Position numbers and translations under genes: made by a program. Source: Candidatus Woesebacteria bacterium GW2011_GWF1_31_35 (lineage in GTDB: Bacteria; Patescibacteriota; Microgenomatia; UBA8517). From it: a DNA stretch of 64,000 bases. Numbering within the stretch: position 1 is the stretch's first letter; each line of letters opens with the position of its first letter. The stretch spans positions 365,767 to 429,766 of the forward strand of contig CP011214.1 in assembly GCA_001029755.1 (NCBI GenBank), in the 5' to 3' direction. The notes under the pieces are model-generated. The model did no database searches. It was given only the letters and a program-made list of their open reading frames with translations, and was not told the DNA's origin. Positions 10,101-20,881 of this stretch are shown here, piece by piece.

Positions 10101-11003
10101 GATTTTTAAAAATTGGTGCAGAGTACTGATAGTAATATCGGTAGAGAAAACTTCGCTATATGCTGGAACATTTTGTAAACAGATAGATACTAACATTATC
10201 AAAGGATGATGACAGTGAAAATTTTATCTGAAACCCTAAAAAACAAGCGGTTTGTATGTGGGTTACAAAACTATCAGCAGGTAACCTTTTTGAGAAATCA
10301 AAATGGGCACCTCAGAGACTACACGCGAAGCTCCGTTAGATATATAATTATCTAATCGGATGATGATATAGTCCACGCTATTTATGTCAGATATAAATCA
10401 AATAATAGTTGGATCGATATTGGGAGATGGAAGTTTATCACCTTTAACTAAAAGGAATAAATATTCAACTCTAGATATTTCTCAACATGAGAGTAAATTG
10501 CCTTATTTAAGGTGGTTATATGATCAACTAACAAAGAAATTTGAATTAAATCCGATATATCAGAAAAAAGGTTTTGAGAATCAATATAGGTTTAGAAGTA
10601 AGCCAAATAAGACTCTTGGAATTTTTAGGTCTAAATTTTATGACAATTTAACAGGTTGTAAAATTATTCCAAAAGATATAGGAGATTTACTAAAAAACCC
10701 AATTTCTTTGGCAGTTTGGTATATGGATGACGGAACTTTAGATAAAAGATATAAGTATCATTTAAATTCTTCAATCGCAACAAATTGTTTCTCATTTGAG
10801 GAATGCAGTTTGTTGAGTGAGGTTTTAAATGATAATTTTAAACTTAAAACGTCTGTTAATAAGACTACAATGAGGGGTAAGATTTACCCCAGAATTTATT
10901 TTAAGTCTGAATGTATGAATGATTTTATTAAGATCATCAAGCCTTATATTAATTCAGTTTTTAATTACAAAATTGGAATTGAATAATCTAAACTATAGAG
11001 TAG
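10101..11003 (+). mobile_element. Group I intron 1 in 16S (inserted before CCAGCAGCCGCGGTAATAC), carrying a LAGLIDADG ORF. Boundaries are accurate to a few nt.
   Basis: Exon continuity ...aactctgtg|...|ccagcagccgcgg. Core elements: P-like ctatatgctggaa, Q actatcagcagg, R cctcagagactacacg (10308), S gatgatatagtcc (10361). Confidence 0.8.
10384..10986 (+). CDS. LAGLIDADG homing endonuclease (encoded in intron 1)
   Basis: IVGSILGDGSL motif, plus a second LAGLIDADG-like block AVWYMDDGTL. Confidence 0.8.
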   Translation: MSDINQIIVGSILGDGSLSPLTKRNKYSTLDISQHESKLPYLRWLYDQLTKKFELNPIYQKKGFENQYRFRSKPNKTLGIFRSKFYDNLTGCKIIPKDIGDLLKNPISLAVWYMDDGTLDKRYKYHLNSSIATNCFSFEECSLLSEVLNDNFKLKTSVNKTTMRGKIYPRIYFKSECMNDFIKIIKPYINSVFNYKIGIE

Positions 11004-11276
11004 CCAGCAGCCGCGGTAATACAGAGGGTGCAAGCGTTATCCGGATTTATTGGGCGTAGAGCGTTTCGTAGGCGGTTTGGTAAGTTAGACTTCAAAGACC
11101 ACGGCTCAACCGGGGGAAGGGGTCTAATACTGCCAGACTTGAGGGTTTTAGGGGCAATCGGAACTGTTGGTGTAGGGGTGAAATCCGTTGATATCAACAG
11201 GAACGTCAAGGGCGTAGGCAGATTGCTGGGAAACTTCTGACGCTGAGGAACGAAAGCTAGGGGAGCGAAAGGGATG

Positions 11277-12337
11277 GGGTTTATAAACTCTAGTTCCTCC
11301 GTTAAGTAATTAACGGTTTAAAAATTCGACTATATGCTGGAATAACTGTGTATCTTAGACTAGTATTGACTTTGGTTTTAATTCGGATAATACTGAATTA
11401 ATGCCCAAATTAAATACTGAAAATGTTTTAAGTGCAGTCAATCAGCAGGGAAGATCTCGAAAGAGAAACCCTCAGAGACTATATGTCGAATATCCTAGTA
11501 AGAATGTAATAAGTAATATAGAAGCAACTTTATTGGGTATCTTATACACTGATGGTTGTTTATCTAGAAAGAGTAAGAATGCTTGGAGATTTTATCTAAG
11601 TAATACTTCTTACGAGATTATACAAATATTTAAAAATTGTATGATTAAACTTTTTGGATTAAACACTAAAAGAATAAGAATATCTAAATATGTTGTTAAT
11701 GGTAAGCCTTTTTATAAAGCAATTGTAGATAGTGCATCATCTGGAGAATTTTTAAATTCAAAATATGGTACATTTCGAACTCTTGCTTATAAAAGTGTAG
11801 ATGGTAAAGTAATTTATCCTTCTACAAAATTACCGTTTAACAAAAATTCTAATCGCAAAATAATTTGCAAGTTTTTAAAAACTGCATTTAGTTGTGATGG
11901 AGGTATAAATTTATATGTAGCAAAATCAAAGTTTGGTTACAAATTTTTGATTAGAAATGCATATTTAGCTTGCAAACATCCACAATTACAGATTGATTAT
12001 CATAAACTTTTAAAAGTTCTTGGTATTAAATCTAAAATTTTTGAAAAAGATGGAAAAATACTTATTCAAGGAAGAAATGAATTGAATAAATTTAGTAAAA
12101 AAGTTGGTTTTCTAAAAAGAGTCAAGATAACACAAAATTCTAAATTTTGGCAAGGTGCTGAAAAAGAAAAAGTGTTAAATCTTGCATTAAATTCTTACAA
12201 TAATCCGAGAAAGATTATAAATCTTTCAAAGTTTAAAGGATAAAGATATAGTCCGACCTCATAAGCGATTATGAGACTACGTGTTGAATCGTAGTAAACA
12301 AACTATTTATAGTTTGTTATAACAAATTTGTAGAGAC
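11277..12337 (+). mobile_element. Group I intron 2 in 16S (around the 785 region), carrying a LAGLIDADG ORF
   Basis: Exon ...gggagcgaaagggat|...|agacccctgtagtcctagccgtaaac. Elements: ctatatgctggaa (11335), Q aatcagcagggaag, R cctcagagactatatg, S aagatatagtccgacc (12243). Confidence 0.8.
11401..12243 (+). CDS. LAGLIDADG homing endonuclease (intron 2). The N-terminal region reads through the intron core Q/R elements.
   Basis: LLGILYTDGCLSRKS motif, 280 aa. Confidence 0.65.
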   Translation: MPKLNTENVLSAVNQQGRSRKRNPQRLYVEYPSKNVISNIEATLLGILYTDGCLSRKSKNAWRFYLSNTSYEIIQIFKNCMIKLFGLNTKRIRISKYVVNGKPFYKAIVDSASSGEFLNSKYGTFRTLAYKSVDGKVIYPSTKLPFNKNSNRKIICKFLKTAFSCDGGINLYVAKSKFGYKFLIRNAYLACKHPQLQIDYHKLLKVLGIKSKIFEKDGKILIQGRNELNKFSKKVGFLKRVKITQNSKFWQGAEKEKVLNLALNSYNNPRKIINLSKFKG

Positions 12338-12629
12338 CCCTGTAGTCCTAGCCGTAAACTTTGCCTGCTAGCGATCCGACTTTGGTCGGGTTGCGTAAGC
12401 TAACGCGTTAAGCGGGCCGCCTGGGGAGTACGAACGCAAGTTTAAAACTCAAAGGAATTGACGGGAAGGCGCACAACCAGTGGAGCATGTGGTTTAATTC
12501 GAAACGAAACGAAGAACCTTACCCAGTCTTGACATATTACCGTTTTAGATTGCCAGAAATGGCGATCGATCCTTAAGTAATTTTGGATGGTATTACAGGT
12601 GTTGCATGGCCGTCGTCAGCTCGTGTCGT

Positions 12630-12886
12630 AGGTTAACACTTTGCGACCCTTCGAAGCAATTCGGAGTGCGAAATCTGGCTCATATCGGTGGAACTTCTTA
12701 TTTTTAATAAGAACAATACCGAGGGAAGTCGACTTAAATTTTAAGTTTGACCCCGTAACGACTGATTTTGGTATTTTTAAATATCAAATGATATACAAGA
12801 TAATACGCTTGTATAACACGCCAGCTCCCGATTTAATCGGGATGAAGGTATAGTCTAATTACAGTTACCTTTTAAAGTAATTGGAG
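12630..12886 (+). mobile_element. ORF-less group I intron 3 in 16S (~257 nt), subfamily B (variant R/S elements)
   Basis: Exon gctcgtgtcgt|...|aggtgttcccttcagtggggtaacgagcgcaaccc. Elements: catatcggtggaac, aataccgagggaag, ccccgtaacgactga, gatgaaggtatagtcta. Confidence 0.7.
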
Positions 12887-13276
12887 GTGTTCCCTTCAGT
12901 GGGGTAACGAGCGCAACCCCTGCCCTGAGTTAAATAATCTCAGGGGACTTCCCTCATTTATTGCGGGAGGAAGTGGGGACGACGTCAGGTCAGCATGGCC
13001 CTTATGACTGGGGCAACACACATACTACAATGGAGCCGACAATGGGTTGCCAAGCCGCAAGGCGGAGCTAATCCCATCAAACGGCTTCTCAGTTGGGATT
13101 GAGGGCTGCAACTCGCCCTCATGAACATGGAATTGGTAGTAATCGCGGGTCAGCTATACCGCGGTGAATACGTTCTCGCCTTTTGTACACACCGCCCGTC
13201 AAGGCAGTAAAGTTAAAGGTACCCGAACTTCGATTTTGTCGGAGGAAGGTAAATTTAGCGATAAGGCTTAAGTCGT

Positions 13277-13971
13277 TGGTTAAGTTAACGTTGCGACTTT
13301 AGAGAGTGATCTCTAAAAAAAATCTTGCTGTATCGGTGAAACCTAAAGTAGTAAAATACAATGGTAATACCGAGGGAACCCCAAATTCTTTGGGGACTCC
13401 GTAGAGACTACACGCGAGCACTATGATAACAAAATCGTACTTGTTAGGAATGTTGCACGATGCAACTGAAAGAAAAAATACTTATCGAATTGCGACTAAG
13501 AATTTTAATTTTGCAAAAGTTATCCGAGAGGGTATCATAAAATTAAATTCTAAGGTTTGGATTTACAAAGAAGGAAAGAATCGCAATCTTTGGATTGTAG
13601 AATTTTCTAAATCACTTTTAAAAGAAGTGAATGTTAAATCAAAACAAAATAAAATCGATTACATTCGAGGCTATTTTGACGCAGAAGGGGGTATTTCTCA
13701 AAGTTCTAAAGTTAGATTTTATATTTATTTTTGCCAGAAAGACAAAATTGATCTGGAGGAAGTAAAAAATTATTTAATAGAATTGGGAGTCAGTTGTGGA
13801 GTAACACATAATCCAAGTAAAAAGGTTGATCCTAATTATTGGAGATTTTTTATACGATCGAAATCGTACAAATATTTTGCAAAAATAATTAGTTCAGATC
13901 ATCCGGAAAAGATTAAGTTATTAGAGATGAAGATATAGTCCATACCACACGAAAGTCGTGGAATTTATATG
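13277..13971 (+). mobile_element. Group I intron 4 near the 16S 3' end, carrying a LAGLIDADG ORF
   Basis: Exon ...ggcttaagtcgt|...|aacaaggtatccc...ggatcacctcctt. Elements: atcggtgaaac, ggtaataccgagggaa, R ccgtagagactacacg, S agatatagtccatacc. Confidence 0.8.
13423..13938 (+). CDS. LAGLIDADG homing endonuclease (intron 4)
   Basis: Motif YIRGYFDAEGG; 171 aa, the single-motif type. Confidence 0.8.
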   Translation: MITKSYLLGMLHDATERKNTYRIATKNFNFAKVIREGIIKLNSKVWIYKEGKNRNLWIVEFSKSLLKEVNVKSKQNKIDYIRGYFDAEGGISQSSKVRFYIYFCQKDKIDLEEVKNYLIELGVSCGVTHNPSKKVDPNYWRFFIRSKSYKYFAKIISSDHPEKIKLLEMKI

Positions 13972-14153
13972 AACAAGGTATCCCTACTGGAAGGTGGGGA
14001 TGGATCACCTCCTTTCTAAGGAGTTGAAATACACACCCCTTTTTAAGATGCATGTTAAAGGATAGAAAAAACGGCATCACAAATCATATTCCTAGCCACA
14101 ACTTGAATAGTTATATTTTAATTATTAGTAAGTCACACAAATTAGAAATTTTT

Positions 14154-14180
14154 ACCGCTTTTTTATAAAGCGGTTTTTTT
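14154..14180 (+). terminator. Terminator-like hairpin plus T-run inside the 16S-tRNAIle spacer (accgctttttt ataa agcggttttttt)
   Basis: Read directly. It is probably a processing or antiterminated structure, since it lies inside the operon. Confidence 0.3.
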
Positions 14181-14411
14181 ATGTCTTAATGTATTTTAGG
14201 GTTCTATTCGTTACTATTTATTTGTTAATATGACACATGGTGCTGAACATAAATTTGATTCGATAGTTATAATTTAATCCTATTCAATTGAATAAATACT
14301 AGTAACATATTAGTAATATAATTAGCAATCTAGGTATATTTTCTTTATTAGAAATTTTATGGTTAATAGTTAACTGTGAACTCTTTTTATGATAAACTAG
14401 CGATTAGTTTT

Positions 14412-14483
14412 GGGCGCATGGCTCAGTGGTAGAGCGCATTCCTGATAAGAATGAAGTCCATGGTTCGATCCCATGTGCGCCCA
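14412..14483 (+). tRNA. tRNA-Ile (anticodon GAU) in the rRNA spacer
   Basis: Acceptor gggcgca/tgcgccc, anticodon stem cattc/gaatg with loop cTGATAa. Confidence 0.85.
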
Positions 14484-14640
14484 CTTAAATTTAATACTAT
14501 TGACGCGAGAGTAGTGTATCTAGTATAATGCTCACCAGTCTTTAAGAGTTCGGAATACTTAATGAAAAAACTTATTAAATTTTACAAAACCAAAGCGCAT
14601 TTTTGCGTGGGGTAGATAATAATAGTTTTTACTTTTAGTT

Positions 14641-14670
14641 AACCGACTTTTAAAAATAGTCGGTTTTTTT
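14641..14670 (+). terminator. Second hairpin plus T-run between tRNA-Ile and tRNA-Ala (aaccgacttttaaaaatagtcggtttttttt)
   Basis: Read directly. Confidence 0.3.
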
Positions 14671-14718
14671 TGACATATTAAAGTTTTGCCCAGCAAAATA
14701 AAGTGCAAGAATCAATCT

Positions 14719-14794
14719 GGGCCGTTGGCTCAGTTGGTAGAGCGCTTCATTTGCAATGAAGAGGTCGGGAGTTCGAATCTCCCACGGTCCACCA
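14719..14794 (+). tRNA. tRNA-Ala (anticodon UGC) with a G3:U70 pair and an encoded CCA
   Basis: Acceptor gggccgt/acggtcc with G3.U70, anticodon stem cttca/tgaag with loop tTTGCaa, T-arm gggagttcgaatctccc, 3' ACCA. Confidence 0.85.
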
Positions 14795-15472
14795 ATTGGG
14801 ATTTGAAAGTAGAAAAGTAACTAAAATACTTTTTTATCTTTACATCCTAATTGTTAAAATGATGTACTTTGACAACTGAAGGATAAGAAAAGTTTTGCAA
14901 GACCATTTGTCCGGTTTTGCAAAGATTAGAAAATAAGGCCGTTAATTTATACACCACGATTGTGGTGTTGTAAGGTTTTTACATTAACGCAGATAGTGGA
15001 TGCCTTGGTCGTATCTTCCGAAGAAGGACGTACATAGCCACGATAGTCGACGGGGAACTGCTACGAAGTTTTGATCCGTCGGTGTCCGAATGGAGCAATC
15101 CTTCCTGATTTATATCAGGAAACTTGTAAGCCAAATTATCCAATTTATTGGATGAATAACTTACAATGAGGGAACCATCTGAACTGAAACATCTAAGTAA
15201 GATGAGGAAAAGAAATCAAAGAGATTGCGTCAGTAGCGGCGAGCGAAAGCGCAAGAGCCTAAACCTTGTTCATGTTTACATGAGTGAGGGGTTGTGGGAG
15301 CCCAATGTGGGATTAGAATTTAATAGTAGAACAATCTGGAATGGTTGACCATAGAGAGTGAAAGTCTCGTAAACGAAATTAAATTTTACCCTAGGGAATT
15401 CCCAAGTAACATGAGATACACATCTTGTGTGAATCCGGGGGAACCATCCTCCAAGGCTAAATAAAGATACGA

Positions 15473-15511
<39 letters not shown>

Positions 15512-16105
15512 AAGGGTGAGACACCCAATGAAATAGAAACTGAAACTATCTGCGGACAAACCGACAGAGCACTTCGCAAGAGGTGTGATGTCGTGCCTAT
15601 TGAAGAATGAGCCTGCGAGTTCTCGCTTACTGTGTGTTTAAAACGGTTTTACCGTTTAGGCATAGCGAAAGCAAGTGTTAATAGCGCGTATAAACACAGT
15701 AACCGGGAGACCCGAAACCGAGTGATCTAACCTTGAGCAGGGTGAGTCTTAAAGAAATTTAAGAGGAGGCCCGAACCCGTTATCGTTGTAATGATATGGG
15801 ATGACTTGTGGTTAGTGGCAAAATACCAACCGAACTCGGAGATAGCTGGTTCTCCCCGAAAGGTCTATAGGGACCGCGCCATGCAAAAAGATTATCAGGG
15901 GTAAAGCTACTGGATGGGTTAGCAAGGGTAACCGAGTTAACTCAACCAAACTCAGAATACTGATAAAATAAAGCATGGTAGACAGTCATATCGGGCTAAG
16001 CTGATATGGCTAAAGGGAAACATCCCAGATTTTCAGCTAAGGCCTCTAAATCTACATTAAGTTTAAAAGGAAGTTTTTTCTCTCAGACAGCCAGGAGGTT
16101 GGCTC

Positions 16106-16143
<38 letters not shown>

Positions 16144-16960
16144 TGGTCGACTGAGAAGAAGCGCCTAAGATTTATCGAGGATCAAATGTAGTGCCGAAGC
16201 TAGAGATGTCCTACTTTTAGTAGGGCGTGGTAGGGGAGCGTCCCATATGCAGTGAAGGCAAATTGTAAGATTTGTTGGAGTGTATGGGAGTGAGAATGCA
16301 GGCATGAGTAGCGCACTAGACGGGTGAAAATCCCGTCCGCCGAATACCCAAGGTTTCCGTCGCAAGGTTCGTCCTCGACGGGTTAATCGGTTCCTAAGGT
16401 GAGGTCAGTTTAACTGGCGTAGCCGAAGGACAAGTAGTTAAAATTCTACTATTTTTTGTAAGTCGTTATTAATTGGGGGTTCCCAAACAGGAATACTGTA
16501 GCCTTCATGTGATGAGGGTTTAAACTGTGAAATAGTTCTGAATAGAAAATCTATCAGAATGTTTAATTGAGCAGTAATGTAAATTTCGCCGTGAGGTGAG
16601 AAATTACAAATATTTCAGTTTGCAAGAAAACACTCGCAATGAGACTTATAAGAAGCCGTACCGCAATCCGACACAGGTGGGTTGGTAGAGAATACTAAGG
16701 CGATCGAGAGAAGAATCCTCAAGGAACTCGGCAAAAAAACTACCCGTAACTTCGGGAGATGGGTTCCCTAACTTTTAGTTAGGGGCCACCAAAAGTTTGC
16801 TGACCGACTGTTTATCAAAAACACAGGTCTGTGCGAAGTCGAAAGACGAAGTATACAGGCCGACGCCTGTCCAGTGCCGGTAAGTTAAAGAGAGGAGTGG
16901 TACGAATTTATTCGTACTGCTTTGACCTAAAGCTCCGGTGAAACGACAGCAGTAACTATA

Positions 16961-17240
16961 GACACAGTTGTAGTTAGTAGGTTTTAACTCCTACCGTCTA
17001 AGGAAGACGAAAAGTTGACCATATGCTGGAAACACTCAAGTATCTGACAGTACCGAAAGGTAAAAATCTGTTCAGTGGAGTCAATCAGCAGGAAAGATTC
17101 TAAATTTATTTAGAATATCCTCAGAGACTATACGTCAACTGCTAAATTTGTGCTAACAATTTAGTAATGATATAGTCCGATCTCATAAGCGATTATGAGT
17201 CTACGTAAATTTATGAAAATCGTAGCAAGTAACATCATAA
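16961..17240 (+). mobile_element. ORF-less group I intron 5 in 23S (inserted at ...GTAACTATA|ACGGTCCTAAGGTA)
   Basis: Elements: gaccatatgctggaa, gagtcaatcagcaggaaag, R cctcagagactatacg, S gatatagtccgatctcataagcgattatgag. A ~14-nt exon (actgttctaaggta) follows. Confidence 0.7.
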
Positions 17241-17254
17241 ACTGTTCTAAGGTA

Positions 17255-17958
17255 ACTTAATAGCTGCCTTAGTAAAATCTAGCTATATGCTGGAACATCT
17301 CGTTAAACTAAGTCTACTATGGTAAAATCTATCCTTAGATTATGGCAAGTAAAAATGATTTAGGTAGAGAAAATCAGCAGGAAAGGCTTAAAACAATCGG
17401 ATGGATTGTTGGATTTGTAGATGGAGAAGGATGTTTTTCAGTATCAGTTTTTAAGAATAAAACTACGAAAAATGGATGGCAAATTTTTCCGGAATTTGTT
17501 GTAACACAAAGTGAGAGAAGTATATCAACTCTTCAAGAAATTAAAAAATTTTTTGGATGTGGAAATATATTTGTAAATCACCGTTACGACAACCATAACG
17601 AAAATTTGTACCGTTATTGCGTTAGAAATATTCATGATCTGAAAGATAAAATTATCCCATTTTTTGAATCAAACAACCTGAGATCTGCAAAGATAAAGGA
17701 CCTTAATATCTTTAAAGAAGTAGTATTACTTATGATAAATAAGAAACATCTACAAAAAGAAGGTTTTGATAAAATACTATCAATTGCAGGTAAAAGAAAG
17801 ATTTAAGAATCCCCAGAGACTATACGCTAGAACAATTCTATTTTTATAGATGCGTAAGATATAGTCCCAACTGCATGGAGACATGCAGAAACATTGATAA
17901 CTTACATATTAAAACAATGTTTATAATTCTAATATTTATTTATTGGAACGAAGATTTC
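17255..17958 (+). mobile_element. Group I intron 6, immediately after intron 5 (tandem insertion), carrying a LAGLIDADG ORF
   Basis: Elements: ctatatgctggaac, Q aaatcagcaggaaagg (in the ORF start), R ccccagagactatacg (17812), S gtaagatatagtcc (17850). The exon resumes with gcgaagttccttgccaggtaagttctggcc. Confidence 0.7.
17342..17806 (+). CDS. LAGLIDADG homing endonuclease (23S intron 6)
   Basis: GWIVGFVDGEGCF motif, 154 aa. Confidence 0.8.
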   Translation: MASKNDLGRENQQERLKTIGWIVGFVDGEGCFSVSVFKNKTTKNGWQIFPEFVVTQSERSISTLQEIKKFFGCGNIFVNHRYDNHNENLYRYCVRNIHDLKDKIIPFFESNNLRSAKIKDLNIFKEVVLLMINKKHLQKEGFDKILSIAGKRKI

Positions 17959-18079
17959 GAGCGAAGTTCCTTGCCAGGTAAGTTCTGGCCCGCACGAATG
18001 GCGTCACGAGTTAGCAACTGTCTTGAGGTTTCACTCGGCGAAATTGCGTTGGCTGTGAAGACGCGGCCTAATCCCACTT

Positions 18080-18111
<32 letters not shown>

Positions 18112-18601
18112 TTTGGCATTGCCTTAACAATTTTTGATTGTCTAGTATAGGAGGGAGTTTTACGACAACAGTGTAATACCTCTCGTTGGAGATTGTTGGG
18201 CTTACTTAATTCGCCTGAAGACGGCGAAGGGAAAAGTGCTAGATGGGCAGTTTTACTGGGGCGGTACCCTGCCAAAGAGTAACGCAGGGGCACAAAGGTT
18301 AGCTTGTTACGGATGGAAACCGTAATTAAACTGCAAAGAGATAAGCTAGCTTGACTGCAACACCGAAGGGTGGAGCAGGTACGAAAGTAGGTCTTAGTGA
18401 TCCCCCGATCCTTCATGGGAGGGACGGGGCTTAACTGATAAAAGCTACCCCGGGGATAACAGAGTAGTCGCGCCCGAGAGTCCATATCGACGGCGCGGTT
18501 CGCTACCTCGATGTCGGCTCATGATATCCTAGGGCTGAAGAAGGTCCTAAGGGTTGGTCTGTTCGCCCATTAAAATCATACGCGAGCTGGGTTCAGAACG
18601 T

Positions 18602-19350
18602 AAACAACATTGCGTTCTACACTAGTAATAGTGTAATATTAAATATCGACTAAAATCGGTGAAACCCCAAGGAAATTATTTAATTTTCTGGGTAATACCG
18701 AGGGTAAGTCAAAAGAATTATGTTGAAGAAAGAAGAATTAGCATATATTGCAGGTTTTCTTGATGGAGATGGATGCATAATGCTCCAATTGGTATACAGG
18801 CACGATTATGTGCTTGGATATCAAATTAGAGCAAGCATTGTTTTTTATCAAAAGACGCAATATAGAGATTTTCTTGTTTGGCTTAAAAGTAAGTTTGAGT
18901 TTGGCTATGTTAGAGACAGAAATGATGGAATGTCTGAATATACAATTGTAGGTTCAGAACCTGTCAAGTCAGTCCTTACAATGCTACTTCCTTTTATAAG
19001 GCTTAAAGAAAGACAAGCTAAATTAACTTTAGAAGTAATATCTAAGATGCCAGGATCTGGCAGAAAAATGGATGTAGATAATCTTTATAAATTATCACTT
19101 CTAGTAGATAAATTTCTAGAACTTAATTACTCTAAGAAAAGAACTAATACTTCTTTAAAAGTTAGAGAATTTTTAATTTCACATAATCTTTTGAATCCCG
19201 TAGAGACTGATTCGAAAGAAGAGACATCAAATTAATTGGTGTAATACGTCGACGCCTACACAAAAAGCCTAGAAGTATGGTCAAGTGACCTAAATTTCAG
19301 GAGTAGGATGAAGATATAGTCCGTGCAACTAGTAATAGTTGAATAACATG
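18602..19350 (+). mobile_element. Group I intron 7 in 23S domain V (GTTCAGAACGT|CGTGAGACAGTT), carrying a LAGLIDADG ORF
   Basis: Elements: aaatcggtgaaac, ggtaataccgagggtaag, S gaagatatagtccgtgc (19308). The intron ends ...acatg. Confidence 0.8.
18720..19235 (+). CDS. LAGLIDADG homing endonuclease (23S intron 7)
   Basis: LAYIAGFLDGDGCI motif, 171 aa. Confidence 0.8.
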   Translation: MLKKEELAYIAGFLDGDGCIMLQLVYRHDYVLGYQIRASIVFYQKTQYRDFLVWLKSKFEFGYVRDRNDGMSEYTIVGSEPVKSVLTMLLPFIRLKERQAKLTLEVISKMPGSGRKMDVDNLYKLSLLVDKFLELNYSKKRTNTSLKVREFLISHNLLNPVETDSKEETSN

Positions 19351-19362
19351 CGTGAGACAGTT

Positions 19363-19740
19363 GACCACATTTACATATTGTGGTGACAATCTAAGCTGTC
19401 TACTTGTAAAACGTTTCAAAAACCATAACCAATTTTTTGGTTTGAAGAGAGTAGGTAACATTCTGTTAGAAAGTTATAAGTCCTAACACCCCGTTAGGAA
19501 TAAATTTGGCTATATGCTGGAATAACTTGAGTATCCAATAGTACTAGAAATAGTAATAATCTATTGGTGGAGTCAATCAGCAGGGAAGATCAGCCGATGA
19601 GGCTGAAACCCTCACAGACTACACGCCAAAACCCTGAGCGACTAAAAAGAAGTCGAAGGGTAAGATATAGTCGGATCCTTAAGGCGACTTAAGGTTTTTA
19701 AAAACATTTTGTTCGGTTTTTAAAATTTAAAACAATTATG
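19363..19740 (+). mobile_element. ORF-less group I intron 8 (~378 nt), 12 nt downstream of intron 7 (after GACAGTT)
   Basis: Elements: ggctatatgctggaa (19502), Q gagtcaatcagcagggaagatc, R cctcacagactacacg, S gtaagatatagtcgg. The exon resumes with tcggactctatccagtggg. Confidence 0.7.
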
Positions 19741-19794
19741 TCGGACTCTATCCAGTGGGATCGTTCGAGTTTTGATGGGAGTTGTCCACAGTAG

Positions 19795-20555
19795 AAATTT
19801 GCTGCCAAGCATAGCAATATGTTTGGTCACACTAGCTAAAATCGGTGAAACCCTGTATCATCTATATAGATGGTCCTATCTAAGTACAGGACAATACCGA
19901 GGGAAGGTTTCTTTTATGAACAAAACTACATCAGCCTACATAGCAGGTTTTTTCGATGGTGATGGAAGTGTAAGAATACAACTACAACCTAGAAAAAATT
20001 CCAGTTTAGGATATCGCATTAGAATTATCGTTTCTTTTGCTCAGAAATCTGAGCATGGCGAAGGATTAAAATGGATTAGGAAGCAGTTAGGCATTGGTTA
20101 TATTTATTCCAGAAATGATGGAATGGATGAACTTAAAGTTGAAGGGTTTGAATCATGTGAGAGAGTACTTAAAATGCTTTCACCATATGTTCAATTCAAA
20201 AAAGAGCATGTCAAATTAGTTTTGAAAGCTCTTTCGATACTTAAAGTTAAATCAAATGCTATTTTAGAAATATCAGAGATTTCTGACCAATTATCTAAAA
20301 TTAATTATGCTACCACAAAGAAAAAACATACAAATGAAGCTGTTCGTGAGTTTTTGTCAAAGAAGATATACCCCCGTAACGACTGATTCAATGAGATTTT
20401 AAGCTCAAAGAAGAGATGGCATAAACGCCATAAGTAAACTTGCTGCTTCGCAGTAAGCAAGCTTGTGGTGCAAGCACCATAATAACGCTAGCTCCTTTTA
20501 ACTATTAAAAGGATGAAGGTATAGTCTAATCCTCAAAGTAATTTGAGATCGATTG
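19795..20555 (+). mobile_element. Group I intron 9 (subfamily B) in the TAGTACGAGAGGACC region, carrying a LAGLIDADG ORF
   Basis: Exon ...gttgtccacagta|...|cgagaggacctgg. Elements: aaatcggtgaaac, caataccgagggaag, tacccccgtaacgactga (20374), gatgaaggtatagtcta (20510). Confidence 0.7.
19916..20386 (+). CDS. LAGLIDADG homing endonuclease (23S intron 9). The true start is probably the internal ATG at 19916; the ORF-track start at 19772 lies in exon/intron-core RNA.
   Basis: MNKTTSAYIAGFFDGDGSV motif. The upstream 48 codons overlap the 23S exon sequence. Confidence 0.75.
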   Translation: MNKTTSAYIAGFFDGDGSVRIQLQPRKNSSLGYRIRIIVSFAQKSEHGEGLKWIRKQLGIGYIYSRNDGMDELKVEGFESCERVLKMLSPYVQFKKEHVKLVLKALSILKVKSNAILEISEISDQLSKINYATTKKKHTNEAVREFLSKKIYPRND

Positions 20556-20631
20556 ACGAGAGGACCTGGATGAAGGAATCCCTGGTGTGCCGGTTGTGTC
20601 ATCAGACGCAGCGCCGGGTAGCTATATTCCT

Positions 20632-20668
<37 letters not shown>

Positions 20669-20881
20669 ACCCAAAGATTAGAACTCGTTAGTTTAAAAAC
20701 TTGAAGACCCCAGGCAGAATACCTGGTATAACCGGCAGGAGGTGGAAGTCCCGTAAGGGGTTAAGCCTACTTGTACGGATTGGTCGAAGAAGACCTTACA
20801 ACACTTCATATCGTGGAAGTGTTTAGATTAACAAAGTTATTTTTTATATTTAGTATTATCCTTCAGTTGTCAGAGTATTGA

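Larger units (their letters stand above)
9640..14014 (+). rRNA. rrs: 16S rRNA gene interrupted by four group I introns; the exons sum to ~1.5 kb
   Basis: The 5' end reads tttgaggatttgatcctggtccaggatgaacgctagcggtg. Universal blocks are recognisable: ccagcagccgcggtaatac, agacccctgtagtcc, gcatggccgtcgtcagctcgtg, aacgagcgcaaccc, gtacacaccgcccgtca. The 3' end reads ggatcacctcctttc. Confidence 0.9.

Noticed and set aside
12641-12853. 70-aa ORF inside 16S intron 3
   Set aside because: It has no LAGLIDADG/GIY-YIG/HNH motif, and it overlaps the intron core elements. The intron is of the ORF-less minimal type.
19772-19915. N-terminal 48 codons of ORF 19772-20386
   Set aside because: This stretch covers the 23S exon sequence (gttgtccacagtag) and the intron core P/Q elements. 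The endonuclease more plausibly starts at ATG 19916 (MNKTTSAYIAGFFDGDG).
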